Below, in pieces: positions 1 through 10,079 of a DNA stretch of 43,622 nucleotides. The notes beneath the pieces were generated by a model. That model was not told where the DNA came from. It was given only the letters and a program-made list of their open reading frames with translations, and did no database searches. The stretch's first letter is position 1. The number at the start of each line of letters is the position of its first letter. Source of the DNA: Bacillota bacterium (GTDB lineage: Bacteria > Bacillota > GCA-003054495 > Carboxydocellales > JAJZTU01). The stretch lies in the NCBI GenBank assembly GCA_021848765.1, contig JAJZTU010000003.1:1-43622 (forward strand), in the 5' to 3' direction. Position numbers and translations under genes: made by a program.

Positions 1-625
1 GAATGCGCACAGCATCTGCCTGGTCCTGACCATACATGCCGGCCAAGACTTGACGGATAAAGCCGATAACCTGCTGGGCATCTTCCTTGGAAGCGGTCTT
101 CCCGGTCCCGATGGCCCAGACGGGTTCGTAGGCTACAACGAGTTGCTTGACCTGCCCGGGAGTGAGCCCGGCCAAGCTGTTTTCGGTCTGTGCCTTAACG
201 ACACTTTCAGTTTGCCCAGCTTCACGCTCTTCTAGTAATTCCCCGACACAAACAATGGGTAAGAGGCCATATTGATAGGCGGCCTTTACTTTGCGGTTAA
301 CTGTCCCGTTAGTTTCACCAAAAAACTGGCGGCGTTCGGAGTGGCCGAGGATTACATATTTACAGCCCACTTCCTTCAGCATGGTAGGCGAAACCTCGCC
401 GGTGAAGGCCCCTTTTTCCTCCCAGTACATGTCCTGGGCGCCAACGGCAATACTGCTGCCGCTCGCTGCTTCCACAGCCTTGGCTAAGGCGGTAAAAGGC
501 GGGCATACCACTACTTCGACCTCAGTAACCCCGGCTGCCGCTGCTTTAAGCTGGCTGACCAGTTCAGCGGTTTCAGCCACTGTTTTGTGCATCTTCCAGT
601 TCCCGGCAATAATCGGTTTACGCAT
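1..625 (-). CDS. tpiA: Triosephosphate isomerase (3' end outside the window)
   Basis: Missing from the ORF track. Manual translation from ATG at 625 gives MRKPIIAGNWKM ... VVAYEPVWAIGTGKTA. RBS AGGAGGTG at 630-637. Confidence 0.97.
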   Translation of the reverse strand, partial: MRKPIIAGNWKMHKTVAETAELVSQLKAAAAGVTEVEVVVCPPFTALAKAVEAASGSSIAVGAQDMYWEEKGAFTGEVSPTMLKEVGCKYVILGHSERRQFFGETNGTVNRKVKAAYQYGLLPIVCVGELLEEREAGQTESVVKAQTENSLAGLTPGQVKQLVVAYEPVWAIGTGKTASKEDAQQVIGFIRQVLAGMYGQDQADAVRI

Positions 626-655
626 GGAACACCTCCTATTTAAAACTCGTGGTCA

Positions 656-672
656 CGGGGCTGAAAGCCCCG
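656..672. other. GC-rich hairpin near the element's left end
   Basis: CGGGGCT-GAA-AGCCCCG perfect 7-bp stem downstream of tnpC. No clear U-tract. Confidence 0.5.
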
Positions 673-689
673 AAACTACGGTATTTTAT

Positions 690-711
690 CGTCGACTACA
701 TGTAGTCGACG
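690..711. repeat. Perfect 22-bp palindrome, putative recombinase arm/accessory binding site
   Basis: CGTCGACTACATGTAGTCGACG. The half-site CGTCGACTAC recurs at 4272-4281 at the other end of the element. Confidence 0.75.
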
Positions 712-718
712 TACTCTT

Positions 719-1087
719 TTATCCATATAGCAACCCTCGAAGTTGTTCCAGTTCTATGCGAAGCTTCCGGTTTTCTGCTTCCAGTTTTGCTATGCGTTTA
801 TCTTTTGTTTCAATAATCACGTCCTTTGAACGTGATGTTTTGTCATATTTAGCACGTTTGTTCATTTCATTATTCACATCACATGCCCGTTGTTCTTCAA
901 TTCTTGTGCGGATTTCCTTATCCTCATACAAGAAGCTTTTTGAAATCCCACTATGCCTATAGACACTGTTAAAATTCACTTTCTTCCCAGATACAATCAA
1001 CTGGTTGATTGCCTCCAGTGCCTTTGCTTTTGCTTCTTCCGTTCTTTTTCTATCGCTTTCTACCAATCCTTTCATTTTGTCAGCCAT
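719..1087 (-). CDS. tnpC: TnpC-like transposition accessory protein (HTH plus C-terminal coiled coil)
   Basis: VNFNSVYRHSGISKSFLY HTH-like segment and coiled-coil tail. ATG at 1087 follows GGAGG and overlaps the tnpB stop. Confidence 0.75.
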   Translation of the reverse strand: MADKMKGLVESDRKRTEEAKAKALEAINQLIVSGKKVNFNSVYRHSGISKSFLYEDKEIRTRIEEQRACDVNNEMNKRAKYDKTSRSKDVIIETKDKRIAKLEAENRKLRIELEQLRGLLYG

Positions 1088-3026
1088 CGCATTCCTCCCG
1101 GTGGCTTCCATTCTTATGGATCAGCCCTTCCTTCTGGATTCGTGCCAGCATCTTTTCAAGGATTTCAAGATAATTTCGGTTCTTTTCTTCCCATTCGCCC
1201 CTCCCAAGCATTTTGCTGATTTTCAGCTGTTCTCTAACCCTTTCAATCTCTTTCTCATACTCCGGGATATTGTCCCTGCTGGTACAGAAGTTAGCACAGT
1301 CAAGGCACTGGCTTATCTGCTGGCGGCAGGGCAGCTTTGAGGGTTTAAAGCACACCCCGAAAGGCACTCTTACAGCATCCAGATTCTTGCGGATAAATTC
1401 ATACCGGATTTCCTCCCGCTTTTCCTTGTGTGCATTGGGCGGCGTGCTTTCAAGGTGCAGGAGGTTCAGTTTTTCCGTCTCTTTCCATTTCCTGTACAGC
1501 ATGTTTTCAGTGACCTTCGCATAGTGCAACGTCATCTGAAGGCTGCAATGTCCCAGAATCTGCTGAATGATTCCAATCGGCATTCCCTGCTCCGTATATT
1601 CCAATGCCCTCGTATGTCTTAGGGCATGAGCCTTGAAACGGTACCTTTTTCCGTCTCCATCAAGGATACCCTTCCTGTCTATTAACTCCTGCATAGCAGC
1701 TGAAAAAGCCGGTTTGCTTAATGGAAGCCCTTTACAGCGTCCCTCATACGTATTGAACAGGTATTTATCCGGATTATTGTCATCCGTGCTGCGCTCTGCC
1801 GCGTCATCCACAAGCTTTTTTACCATATCCGCAACTTCTTTACGGATTGGAATCTTTAAAAGCGGTATCCCTGTCTTCGTGATCTCTCCGCACAGATAGG
1901 GAATGTACTCCTTTTCATGGCTATTCCACAGATGCTCCAGACAGCTGTCATATCTGAGGTTCAGCACATCTGTCCCACGCCACCCAGTCTCCCGGAGCAG
2001 GACATATACCGGCATCATTTCCACAGGTTTAATCTCGCCAATGCAGGCATCCAGCTGCCCTCTGACCGGTTCCGGCACATATTTTACCTTTCTCATGGTG
2101 TCTGCCGGCCGCTCACGCTTTGGTATGTCATCTTCATAAATCAGGCGGTTTACATCCTTCTGCGGTGCCTGCGGGTACTCTGCAAGCTGGACATAGTCAA
2201 TATACTGCCGGATAAACGAAACTGCCTTGCTGCGGAAGGTGGCATTCCTGCCTTCATAGTCGCCGGCAACCCATCCCAGATATTTTTCAATATCCGGCCT
2301 CGCAAGTTTCTCAAGGAAGCCGTCCGTATATCCATGATCATAAAAAGCCTCAAAAAAGTACCGAATATATACCATCATCTCCGTGCAGTATGACCAGCTC
2401 CGTTTGATGACAAGACGGCTCATAAAGCGTTTCACCATTTCACGGTAATAGGGAGGAACCTTTACAAAGCTTATGCTGGCTTTTTGACGTTTGGCTGCCG
2501 CAGAAATCTTTACACCCGGAATACGGACACCATGCCATACATCCTTTTCCGTCTCGCCTCGGTCATCATAATAATCCCTGATGAATCTTATCACGTCCCG
2601 CTTCAGTATCTGATAAAGCCTTTCCTTTTCCGATACCTTACCAGCACGCACCGCTTTTTCCTCTCCCGTATTGAGGACCGCAAAGCTGTCTGCCGGATGT
2701 CTGCCTCCCGGCAGGATCCCCATCTGCCGGACAGCCTCCCTATAGTGTTCATAGAGGTTCGACACGGACAGAAGCCCATTCTTCATGGAATAGAGCAGGA
2801 AATATTTCATTTCGTTTTTTAGCTGTTCCGACTGGTATCCGCTGAAATCTGCCAGTTTTCCGGCCTTCCTTTTATCTGTATTGATACCAGCCTGCCGGAA
2901 GCTGTCCGCCTCCAGATACCATTGGTCATTGTCAATCCAGTACCTCCCTTCCGATGACAGGTATTCCATCATCCGGCTGTATTTATCATCAAATGCCACG
3001 TATTGGGTGAGGGCTGCTGTTCCCAT
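1080..3026 (-). CDS. tnpB: TnpB-like tyrosine recombinase (Tn554 type)
   Basis: 648 aa. Catalytic motifs ETGWRG, HALRH, LGH and LHYA. C-terminal Cys cluster (GVC..PC..CLDC..FC). Confidence 0.88.
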   Translation of the reverse strand: MGTAALTQYVAFDDKYSRMMEYLSSEGRYWIDNDQWYLEADSFRQAGINTDKRKAGKLADFSGYQSEQLKNEMKYFLLYSMKNGLLSVSNLYEHYREAVRQMGILPGGRHPADSFAVLNTGEEKAVRAGKVSEKERLYQILKRDVIRFIRDYYDDRGETEKDVWHGVRIPGVKISAAAKRQKASISFVKVPPYYREMVKRFMSRLVIKRSWSYCTEMMVYIRYFFEAFYDHGYTDGFLEKLARPDIEKYLGWVAGDYEGRNATFRSKAVSFIRQYIDYVQLAEYPQAPQKDVNRLIYEDDIPKRERPADTMRKVKYVPEPVRGQLDACIGEIKPVEMMPVYVLLRETGWRGTDVLNLRYDSCLEHLWNSHEKEYIPYLCGEITKTGIPLLKIPIRKEVADMVKKLVDDAAERSTDDNNPDKYLFNTYEGRCKGLPLSKPAFSAAMQELIDRKGILDGDGKRYRFKAHALRHTRALEYTEQGMPIGIIQQILGHCSLQMTLHYAKVTENMLYRKWKETEKLNLLHLESTPPNAHKEKREEIRYEFIRKNLDAVRVPFGVCFKPSKLPCRQQISQCLDCANFCTSRDNIPEYEKEIERVREQLKISKMLGRGEWEEKNRNYLEILEKMLARIQKEGLIHKNGSHREECDG

Positions 3027-4150
3027 TACTGACCAGCCTCCCTTCCCATGGAAGGCATTTTCAGGCTTTCTGATGCTTTCCTGAATGCCTCCGCCACTTC
3101 CTCTTTTGATGGATGGACATAGGTATTCAGCGTCGTATAAATGTTTTTATGGCCTGCACGCTGCCTCAGCATCTCCGGCTCCCATCCCGCAGAATAAAGC
3201 AGGCTGAGCGATGTATGGCGGAACATATGCGGCGTCACTCTGATGCCGGTCTTTTTGCGTAGGGTTCGAAAGAGATTATCCACGTCTCTGTAATCCATTG
3301 CGTTTCCTTCCATGCCTCCCTTAAGTTTCAGGAATACATGATTGGTATGGATTTCAGCGGTATGGTGCTCACAGATATACCCTGTAAACAGATCCATCAA
3401 TTCCTGCGTACAATCCAGTCTGCGGGGGCTGGATACTGTCTTGATCTCCGCCAGGTTCTCCATTTCTCCCCTGTCATGCAGAGTGATGGTCAGTCCTGCC
3501 ATATCGAAATCTTCAAGCCAGAGGGAAAGGGCTTCCCCAATCCGCATTCCAGTCTCGAACAGGAGATAAAGCAGGAGGTAATCCCTTAAGTTCGTGCAGG
3601 AATCAAGAAGCCTCGCGGCATCTTCTCTGCTTATGGTGCGGAGCTGCATCCTTGGTACCGGCAGCTTCAGAATATGGCTCTTTATCATTCTGTTCTCTGC
3701 AATCCCATGCAGGAAGCTCCTGTAATTCCTTCCCGGATCCCTGACAAACCTCACCAACTTTTCTGACAGATGGTTTTCCATGCCTTCATGCCGGAGAAGA
3801 TAGTCGTAAAACATGACCACCGTGTCTACCATGGCATTGATTGTCTGGGACTGATGCTCCGGCTCAAATCGAAGCGGTACTACCTTTTTCAGGATGTCGG
3901 GGTTCTTCAGCCACGCCAGAAATCCCGCAATGTCATCAATGTTTACCCGCTCATAATCCTTTCCGGCTTCTCCAAGGTAGGTGAAGAAGTGTTTCAGATG
4001 GATGCAGTGCATTCTGAGCGTGTTTCTGGCATATCCTGCATTGTCCTTGAACTTCAGGTACTTCAGCACTGGCCGCACCGGTGCTCCTGTGTCATCAGCC
4101 AGATAGTACCTGACCTTCCCATCTACTGTCTTTAGTTCAACTACTTTCAT
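3026..4150 (-). CDS. tnpA: TnpA-like tyrosine recombinase (Tn554 type)
   Basis: 374 aa. ETGMRIGE, HMFRH, AGH and TYVH motifs. RBS AAAGGAG upstream. Confidence 0.88.
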   Translation of the reverse strand: MKVVELKTVDGKVRYYLADDTGAPVRPVLKYLKFKDNAGYARNTLRMHCIHLKHFFTYLGEAGKDYERVNIDDIAGFLAWLKNPDILKKVVPLRFEPEHQSQTINAMVDTVVMFYDYLLRHEGMENHLSEKLVRFVRDPGRNYRSFLHGIAENRMIKSHILKLPVPRMQLRTISREDAARLLDSCTNLRDYLLLYLLFETGMRIGEALSLWLEDFDMAGLTITLHDRGEMENLAEIKTVSSPRRLDCTQELMDLFTGYICEHHTAEIHTNHVFLKLKGGMEGNAMDYRDVDNLFRTLRKKTGIRVTPHMFRHTSLSLLYSAGWEPEMLRQRAGHKNIYTTLNTYVHPSKEEVAEAFRKASESLKMPSMGREAGQ

Positions 4151-4201
4151 TGTTCATGCTCCTTTCTTTAGATGCATGAACAACAATAACATTTCTTATT
4201 A

Positions 4202-4311
4202 ACGTTGACTACGTTAACTACTACGACTACACATCACGAGTTTCGAGTGTAGTCCACGTTAAATATACCTACGTCGACTACGTTAACTACTATGATTTAT
4301 GATCACGAGTT
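4202..4311. repeat. Two 41-bp direct repeats at the element's right end
   Basis: 4202-4242 and 4271-4311 align without gaps at 34/41 (ACGTyGACTACGTTAACTACTA...ATCACGAGTT), 69-bp period. Confidence 0.8.
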
Positions 4312-4331
4312 ATCTAGAATCTCTAACGCAT

Positions 4332-5516
4332 CTACTTGTCGGCCAGAGCCTCCACGCCTGGCAGGGCCTTGCCTTCCAGGAATTCCAGGGAGGCTCCGCC
4401 GCCTGTGGAGATGTGGGTCATTTTGCCGGCTACACCCACTTTTTCAACTGCAGCTACGGAGTCGCCGCCACCTACGATAGTGATAGCGCCGGACTCAGCC
4501 AGGGCTTTGGCGACTGCTTCCGTACCCTTAGCAAAAGCCTCCAGCTCAAAAACGCCCATGGGGCCGTTCCAGACTATGGTTTTAGCTGCCTTGACCGTCC
4601 CGGCATACTGTTCAGAAGTCTTAGGGCCGATATCCAGGGCCATCCATTCTGCAGGAATAGCGTTAACATCCACTACTTTGTGCGCTGCATCGGCGCTAAA
4701 GGCTTCAGCGGCAATAACATCTACAGGCAACAGGAGCCGGACTCCCCGCTCCTTGGCCTGGTTGATCAGGCTGCCGGCCAGTTCCACTTTTTCTGCTTCA
4801 ATCAGGGATTTGCCCACCTCATAACCTTGGGCCTTCAGGAAGGTATTGGCCATACCTCCTCCAATAATCAGCGAGTTTACCTTGCCCAGCAGGTTTTCGA
4901 TGACTCCGATTTTGTCGGATACTTTTGCTCCCCCGATAATGGCCACAAAGGGGCGCTCGGGGTCTTTAAGCGCTTTACCCATGATTTCGATTTCCTTCTG
5001 CATCAGGAAACCGGCCACAGCGGGGAGGAATTTGGCTACACCGGCAGTGGAAGCATGGGCCCGGTGGGCGGCGCCGAAGGCATCGTTTACATAGAGGTCT
5101 GCCAGGGAAGCCAAATCCTTGGCCAGCCCTTCGTCATTCTTCTCCTCTCCGGGGTAGAAGCGGACATTTTCCAGCAGGAGGACATCGCCAGGCTGCAGCT
5201 TGCCAACAGCATCCTGAACCTCCGGACCGATGCAGTCACCGGTCTTGGCCACAGGCTGGCCCAAAAGCTCGGAAAGCCGCCCAACCACGGGGTCCAGGCG
5301 GTACTTATCATTGACTTGGCCCTTAGGACGGCCGAAGTGGGAAACCAGAATAACTTTTGCTCCTTTGCCGGTAAGATATTTGATAGTTGGTAGAGCTGCT
5401 CTAATTCTGGTATCATCGGTGACCTTGCGATTTTCATCCACGGGGACGTTAAAGTCCACCCGGACCAGGACCCGTTTGCCCTGGACATCCACATCCTGGA
5501 TGGATTTTTTGTTCAC
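4332..5516 (-). CDS. pgk: Phosphoglycerate kinase
   Basis: [16 protein letters not shown] and [15 protein letters not shown] motifs. Confidence 0.99.
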   Translation of the reverse strand: MNKKSIQDVDVQGKRVLVRVDFNVPVDENRKVTDDTRIRAALPTIKYLTGKGAKVILVSHFGRPKGQVNDKYRLDPVVGRLSELLGQPVAKTGDCIGPEVQDAVGKLQPGDVLLLENVRFYPGEEKNDEGLAKDLASLADLYVNDAFGAAHRAHASTAGVAKFLPAVAGFLMQKEIEIMGKALKDPERPFVAIIGGAKVSDKIGVIENLLGKVNSLIIGGGMANTFLKAQGYEVGKSLIEAEKVELAGSLINQAKERGVRLLLPVDVIAAEAFSADAAHKVVDVNAIPAEWMALDIGPKTSEQYAGTVKAAKTIVWNGPMGVFELEAFAKGTEAVAKALAESGAITIVGGGDSVAAVEKVGVAGKMTHISTGGGASLEFLEGKALPGVEALADK

Positions 5517-5542
5517 CTTAATAGCACCTCCATTAGTGAAGC

Positions 5543-5565
5543 GCTCCCACCTGCAGGGTGGGAGC
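5543..5565. other. Intercistronic hairpin between gap and pgk
   Basis: GCTCCCACC-TGCAG-GGTGGGAGC 9-bp stem. A role in stabilisation or partial termination is inferred. Confidence 0.5.
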
Positions 5566-5630
5566 TTGCTGTTTCACCAAAATGCTTACAGAGCCTTGTG
5601 ATAAATCCTTACGGACCCTTGTTCTAAAAT

Positions 5631-6659
<1,029 letters not shown>

Positions 6660-6716
6660 TTAATAATTTATGTAGTGAAATGGGACAACCTGGCGGTAAC
6701 CCATTACCTGCTAAAT

Positions 6717-7739
6717 TTAGGTCAGGGCTTGGATAGCCCTGGCTGCACCTTCATCAGTTATCAGGACCTGCTGCGGCTGGTTGGAGACTACCGACTTGAT
6801 AGCCTCTGCTTTCCTGCTGCCACCGGCAACCGCCATCACCGTGCTGACCAGTTTCAAATCATGGACCGGTAAACCCAGGCTGCCCGCAGCCTCCACCTCT
6901 TGACCCCTGCTGTCAAAATAGGAACCCATCGCTTCACTCACAGCGCCCTTGCCCAGCAATTCCGCTGCCTGCTCCGGGCTTGCCCCCCTGCGTTTGGCCA
7001 TTTCTCCGGCACAGCCGATGCCGTGGATCACAATATTGGCTTGATGAATTTGTCTTAAAACATCCTGGATTCCCGGGTCAGTGCTTAATACCTCCAAAGC
7101 CTCCCTGCTGAGGTTATCCGGCACATGGAGCATACGGTAGGTACCACCCAGCTTTTGGGCCAGTTTGGCGGCGATGACATTGGCCTGAATTTCTACTTCT
7201 CCCCCTAAGCCGCCGCGGGCCGGAACTACCAAAAGCTCCTCCTGGCCGGGGTTTTGCGGCATGGCCTCGGCGATCTCCAGGGTGGAAGTTCCCCCGGTAA
7301 TGGCAATTACCATCCTGGGCTTAAGAATTTGTCTGAGATAGCGGGCTGCTGCCTGGCCCATTTCCTTTTTGACTGTTTCATCTTCGCCGGAATCCCCGGG
7401 GACAATGATTACCCGGCTGATATTCAGCTTGTGGGCCAGTTCCTTTTCCAGGGCACTTAGGCCTTTGGCCAAGTGCATAAACTCTTCCAGGCCCCAGAGG
7501 ATGCTTTCGCCTTCCGGGGTAACCCACATGCCTGCCGGGTCGGTGGTGAGAATGCCCTGCTCCTTGAGTAACTCAATATCGCTGCGGGTTAACCGTTCCC
7601 CCAGCCCGAGCTTGAAAGCCAGGACCCTGCGGCCAATGGGCTGGGAAAAATAAATATTTCGCAGAATATTATACCTTCTCTCCATCACTTGTATAAGCTC
7701 CGGTACAATTTTTTCTTGAAGTGTTACCATGTTCTGCAT
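6717..7739 (-). CDS. cggR: Central glycolytic genes regulator (SorC/DeoR sugar-binding family)
   Basis: QPIGRR N-terminal HTH, TGGTS and ITDEGAA. Directly upstream of gap. Start set at ATG 7739 after AAAGGGAG. Confidence 0.92.
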   Translation of the reverse strand: MQNMVTLQEKIVPELIQVMERRYNILRNIYFSQPIGRRVLAFKLGLGERLTRSDIELLKEQGILTTDPAGMWVTPEGESILWGLEEFMHLAKGLSALEKELAHKLNISRVIIVPGDSGEDETVKKEMGQAAARYLRQILKPRMVIAITGGTSTLEIAEAMPQNPGQEELLVVPARGGLGGEVEIQANVIAAKLAQKLGGTYRMLHVPDNLSREALEVLSTDPGIQDVLRQIHQANIVIHGIGCAGEMAKRRGASPEQAAELLGKGAVSEAMGSYFDSRGQEVEAAGSLGLPVHDLKLVSTVMAVAGGSRKAEAIKSVVSNQPQQVLITDEGAARAIQALT

Positions 7740-7764
7740 TGCACAGCTCCCTTTCCAGGGGGGT

Positions 7765-7801
7765 GGTCTAATTATGTCCCATGGGTAAAATAAATGTCCC
7801 G
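7765..7801 (-). promoter_or_regulatory. CggR operator
   Basis: Two GGGACAT direct repeats (plus-strand ATGTCCC at 7774-7780 and 7794-7800) with a 20-bp period, matching the B. subtilis CGGGAC-N6-TGTC-N4 repeat spacing. Confidence 0.75.
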
Positions 7802-7845
7802 CTATAATCAGAAGCAGGGGTAATTTTTCCAATTATCACCCCTAT

Positions 7846-7874
7846 ATATTCGTTACCCCCAGCCAAATTCCTGC
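7846..7874 (-). promoter_or_regulatory. Sigma-H-type promoter upstream of cggR
   Basis: GCAGGAATTT ... CGAATAT, with AGGA-N17-GAAT spacing. Confidence 0.6.
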
Positions 7875-7915
7875 TTTAGTTTATGCAAAAACTTATTTTT
7901 TACCCTGCTTGAGGT

Positions 7916-7946
7916 AAAAAACTTCCCGGGTTCAACCCCGGGAAGT
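7916..7946 (-). terminator. Intrinsic terminator after rpoN
   Basis: ACTTCCCGGG-6-CCCGGGAAGT stem followed by TTTTT on the minus strand. Confidence 0.85.
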
Positions 7947-7977
7947 ATAACTTAATTTCTTTGCCCCTGCTTGGGGC

Positions 7978-9381
7978 TCAATACCTGCGCCGCTTGCCGG
8001 CGGCTTGGATGCCTATTTCATCCCTGTATTTGGCCACCGTGCGGCGGGAAATATTAAGACCTTTGCTTACCAGGATATCGCCAATACGCTGGTCACTCAG
8101 AGGTTTTTTGGGATCTTCGGCTTCTACCAGGTCTCTGATCATCCGTTTGATGCTCTGGGAGGAGATCATGGTCCCCGTAACATCGTCTACACCGCTGGAA
8201 AAGAAGTATTTCATTTCGAAAACACCCTTCGGGGTCTGGATATACTTATTAGAGGTAGCCCTGCTGATAGTGGATTCATGCATTCCCACAATTTCAGCAA
8301 CCTGCTTCAGGTTTAAGGGCTTTAGATAACGGATTCCGTGTTCCAGAAAATCCTTCTGGAGTTCCACCAGGCAGTTGGCGACCTTGTACAAAGTAAGCCT
8401 CCGCTGTTCGATGCTTTTAATTAACCAGGAAGCAGAGTTAAGCTTGCTTTCCACGAATTTTTTAGCTTCCTCATCAGCCTGTGCTCCGGACAGAACGCTA
8501 CGATAGGTAGAATTAATTCCCAGCCGGGGAGCGGATGTGTCATTTACCAGGACAATATACTGGCCCTCTACCCTTTCCACAACTACGTCAGGGATTACAT
8601 AGCGGACATCGTGAGGACTGCCGAATTTCCGGCCGGGCTTGGGGTCCAGGGTTTTGAGGATGTCAGCGGCCTCCTGAATATCCTGGACGGTGGCGTCCAG
8701 ATCCTTGGCAATCTTCTGCACCCTGCCTTCGGCTAAATCCGGGAGGTAATGCTTGATTAGTGTCCTTAAAAACTTGTTCTCGATGTTAAGGCTGTCCACT
8801 TGCAGGAGCAGGCATTCTACCAGGTTCCTTGCTCCTACTCCCGGGGGGTCAAAAGTTTGAATAACATTCAGCACCTTTTCTGCCTGTTCGGGTTGGATAT
8901 CCAGCCCGGTAGTGCTTTCCTCCAGCGTACAGGTCAGGTAACCATGTTCATCAATATTACCGATAATGTATTCACCAATTTTACGCTCTGCCTTGGATAA
9001 ATTAGTGAGACTGAGTTGGGTTAAGAGGGTCTCCTGAAGGGAAGGCGCCTGGGAGAGGAAATTCTCAAAACCAAACTGTTCCGGTTCGCCACCGCGCTCC
9101 CGTTGGGTATAACCCAGGTCACTGCGGTCCTGGAAATACTCCTGCCAATCAATGTCAAACTTGTCCTCCCGTTCGCGGTTCTCGTCAGCAGTTGCCTCCT
9201 CCTGCTCACCCTTTTCTGCCTCTTCTTTTTTTTCCAGAACAGGGTTCTCCAGCAGTTCCTGTTCAATGTATTCGGCAAGTTCCATAGCGGATAACTGCAA
9301 AATTGTAATGGCTTGTCGAAGTTCCGGGGTCATTATTAATTTTTGGGTTTGCTCTAAGGATAGTCCAAAACCAAGACGCAT
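7978..9381 (-). CDS. rpoN: RNA polymerase sigma-54 factor
   Basis: QAITILQLS N-terminus, HESTISRA HTH and RpoN box SRRTVAKYR. Confidence 0.98.
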   Translation of the reverse strand: MRLGFGLSLEQTQKLIMTPELRQAITILQLSAMELAEYIEQELLENPVLEKKEEAEKGEQEEATADENREREDKFDIDWQEYFQDRSDLGYTQRERGGEPEQFGFENFLSQAPSLQETLLTQLSLTNLSKAERKIGEYIIGNIDEHGYLTCTLEESTTGLDIQPEQAEKVLNVIQTFDPPGVGARNLVECLLLQVDSLNIENKFLRTLIKHYLPDLAEGRVQKIAKDLDATVQDIQEAADILKTLDPKPGRKFGSPHDVRYVIPDVVVERVEGQYIVLVNDTSAPRLGINSTYRSVLSGAQADEEAKKFVESKLNSASWLIKSIEQRRLTLYKVANCLVELQKDFLEHGIRYLKPLNLKQVAEIVGMHESTISRATSNKYIQTPKGVFEMKYFFSSGVDDVTGTMISSQSIKRMIRDLVEAEDPKKPLSDQRIGDILVSKGLNISRRTVAKYRDEIGIQAAGKRRRY

Positions 9382-9498
9382 AATATCTCTCCTTCGTACA
9401 TAAACCCATTCGACCCAGACTCTTCACCGGCACCTCAAGTTTAATGAAAGTTCTGACTTGTCCGGGGTTAAATTTCTGTTAAACCTGAAAGTACCTAA

Positions 9499-9528
9499 GT
9501 ATTCTATCCCCCTTGGTTATTCTCCTGC
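9499..9528 (-). promoter_or_regulatory. Possible sigma-H-type promoter upstream of rpoN
   Basis: GCAGGAGAAT ... AGAATAC, AGGA-N18-GAAT. Confidence 0.4.
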
Positions 9529-9545
9529 TTACTAATGAGTTTATT

Positions 9546-10070
9546 CTAATTATGCCTGGTTGATACTTCTGGGTAGGATGTAATATTTTGGTTAGGGCTT
9601 AACACCCTGATCGGTACCCCGCCCACCGTGGTATTGGCCGGGACGTCGCAGTTTACCAGGGAACAGGCGGCTACCACGGAGTTATCACCAATGGTAACTC
9701 CGGGCAACAGGGTACTGTTAGCTCCGATGAGCACATTTTTGCCAATTACCACCGGACCGATATGGTAGGACCGGTGCAGGTACTCATGGGTGAGTACGGT
9801 GCAGTTATAGCCAATTGTGGTATCCTCACCTATGGAGATTTTTTCCGGAAAGAAAATATCCACCATGACCATGAGGCCAATGGAGACACGGGGTGCAATT
9901 TTCATTCCCAAGCCCAGGCGGTACAGCCAACTTTTTACGGTAAGCGACGGGCAGTAACGGCCAATTTGAATTACCGCAAAATTTTTTACCACCTTTAACG
10001 GGCTTACAATGCGGTGCCAGTGCTGCATGGCATTCTTGTCCCGCACCTCAAAGCGCTGGTAATTACGCAT
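9546..10070 (-). CDS. Hexapeptide-repeat O-acetyltransferase (YvoF-like)
   Basis: IGYNCTVLTHE, IGKNVLIGANSTLLPGVTIGDN left-handed beta-helix repeats and GGVP. Confidence 0.85.
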   Translation of the reverse strand: MRNYQRFEVRDKNAMQHWHRIVSPLKVVKNFAVIQIGRYCPSLTVKSWLYRLGLGMKIAPRVSIGLMVMVDIFFPEKISIGEDTTIGYNCTVLTHEYLHRSYHIGPVVIGKNVLIGANSTLLPGVTIGDNSVVAACSLVNCDVPANTTVGGVPIRVLSPNQNITSYPEVSTRHN

Positions 10071-10079
10071 TATCCAATC

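Larger units (their letters stand above)
643..4311 (-). mobile_element. Tn554-family tyrosine-recombinase element (tnpA-tnpB-tnpC, no cargo) inserted between pgk and tpiA
   Basis: Two tyrosine recombinases (374 and 648 aa) plus a ~122-aa TnpC-like protein in Tn554 order. 12-bp inverted ends AACTCGTGGTCA (644-655) and TGATCACGAGTT (4300-4311). Flanking hexamers TATTTA (637-642) and TATCTA (4311-4316). Confidence 0.85.

Noticed and set aside
50-962. Plus-strand ORFs 50-235, 272-487 and 291-962
   Set aside because: Antisense shadows of tpiA and tnpC. The real gene, tpiA, is on the minus strand.
4202-4311. Possible mini-CRISPR (two repeats with a spacer)
   Set aside because: Only two degenerate 41-bp units, no cas genes, and they coincide with the transposon end.
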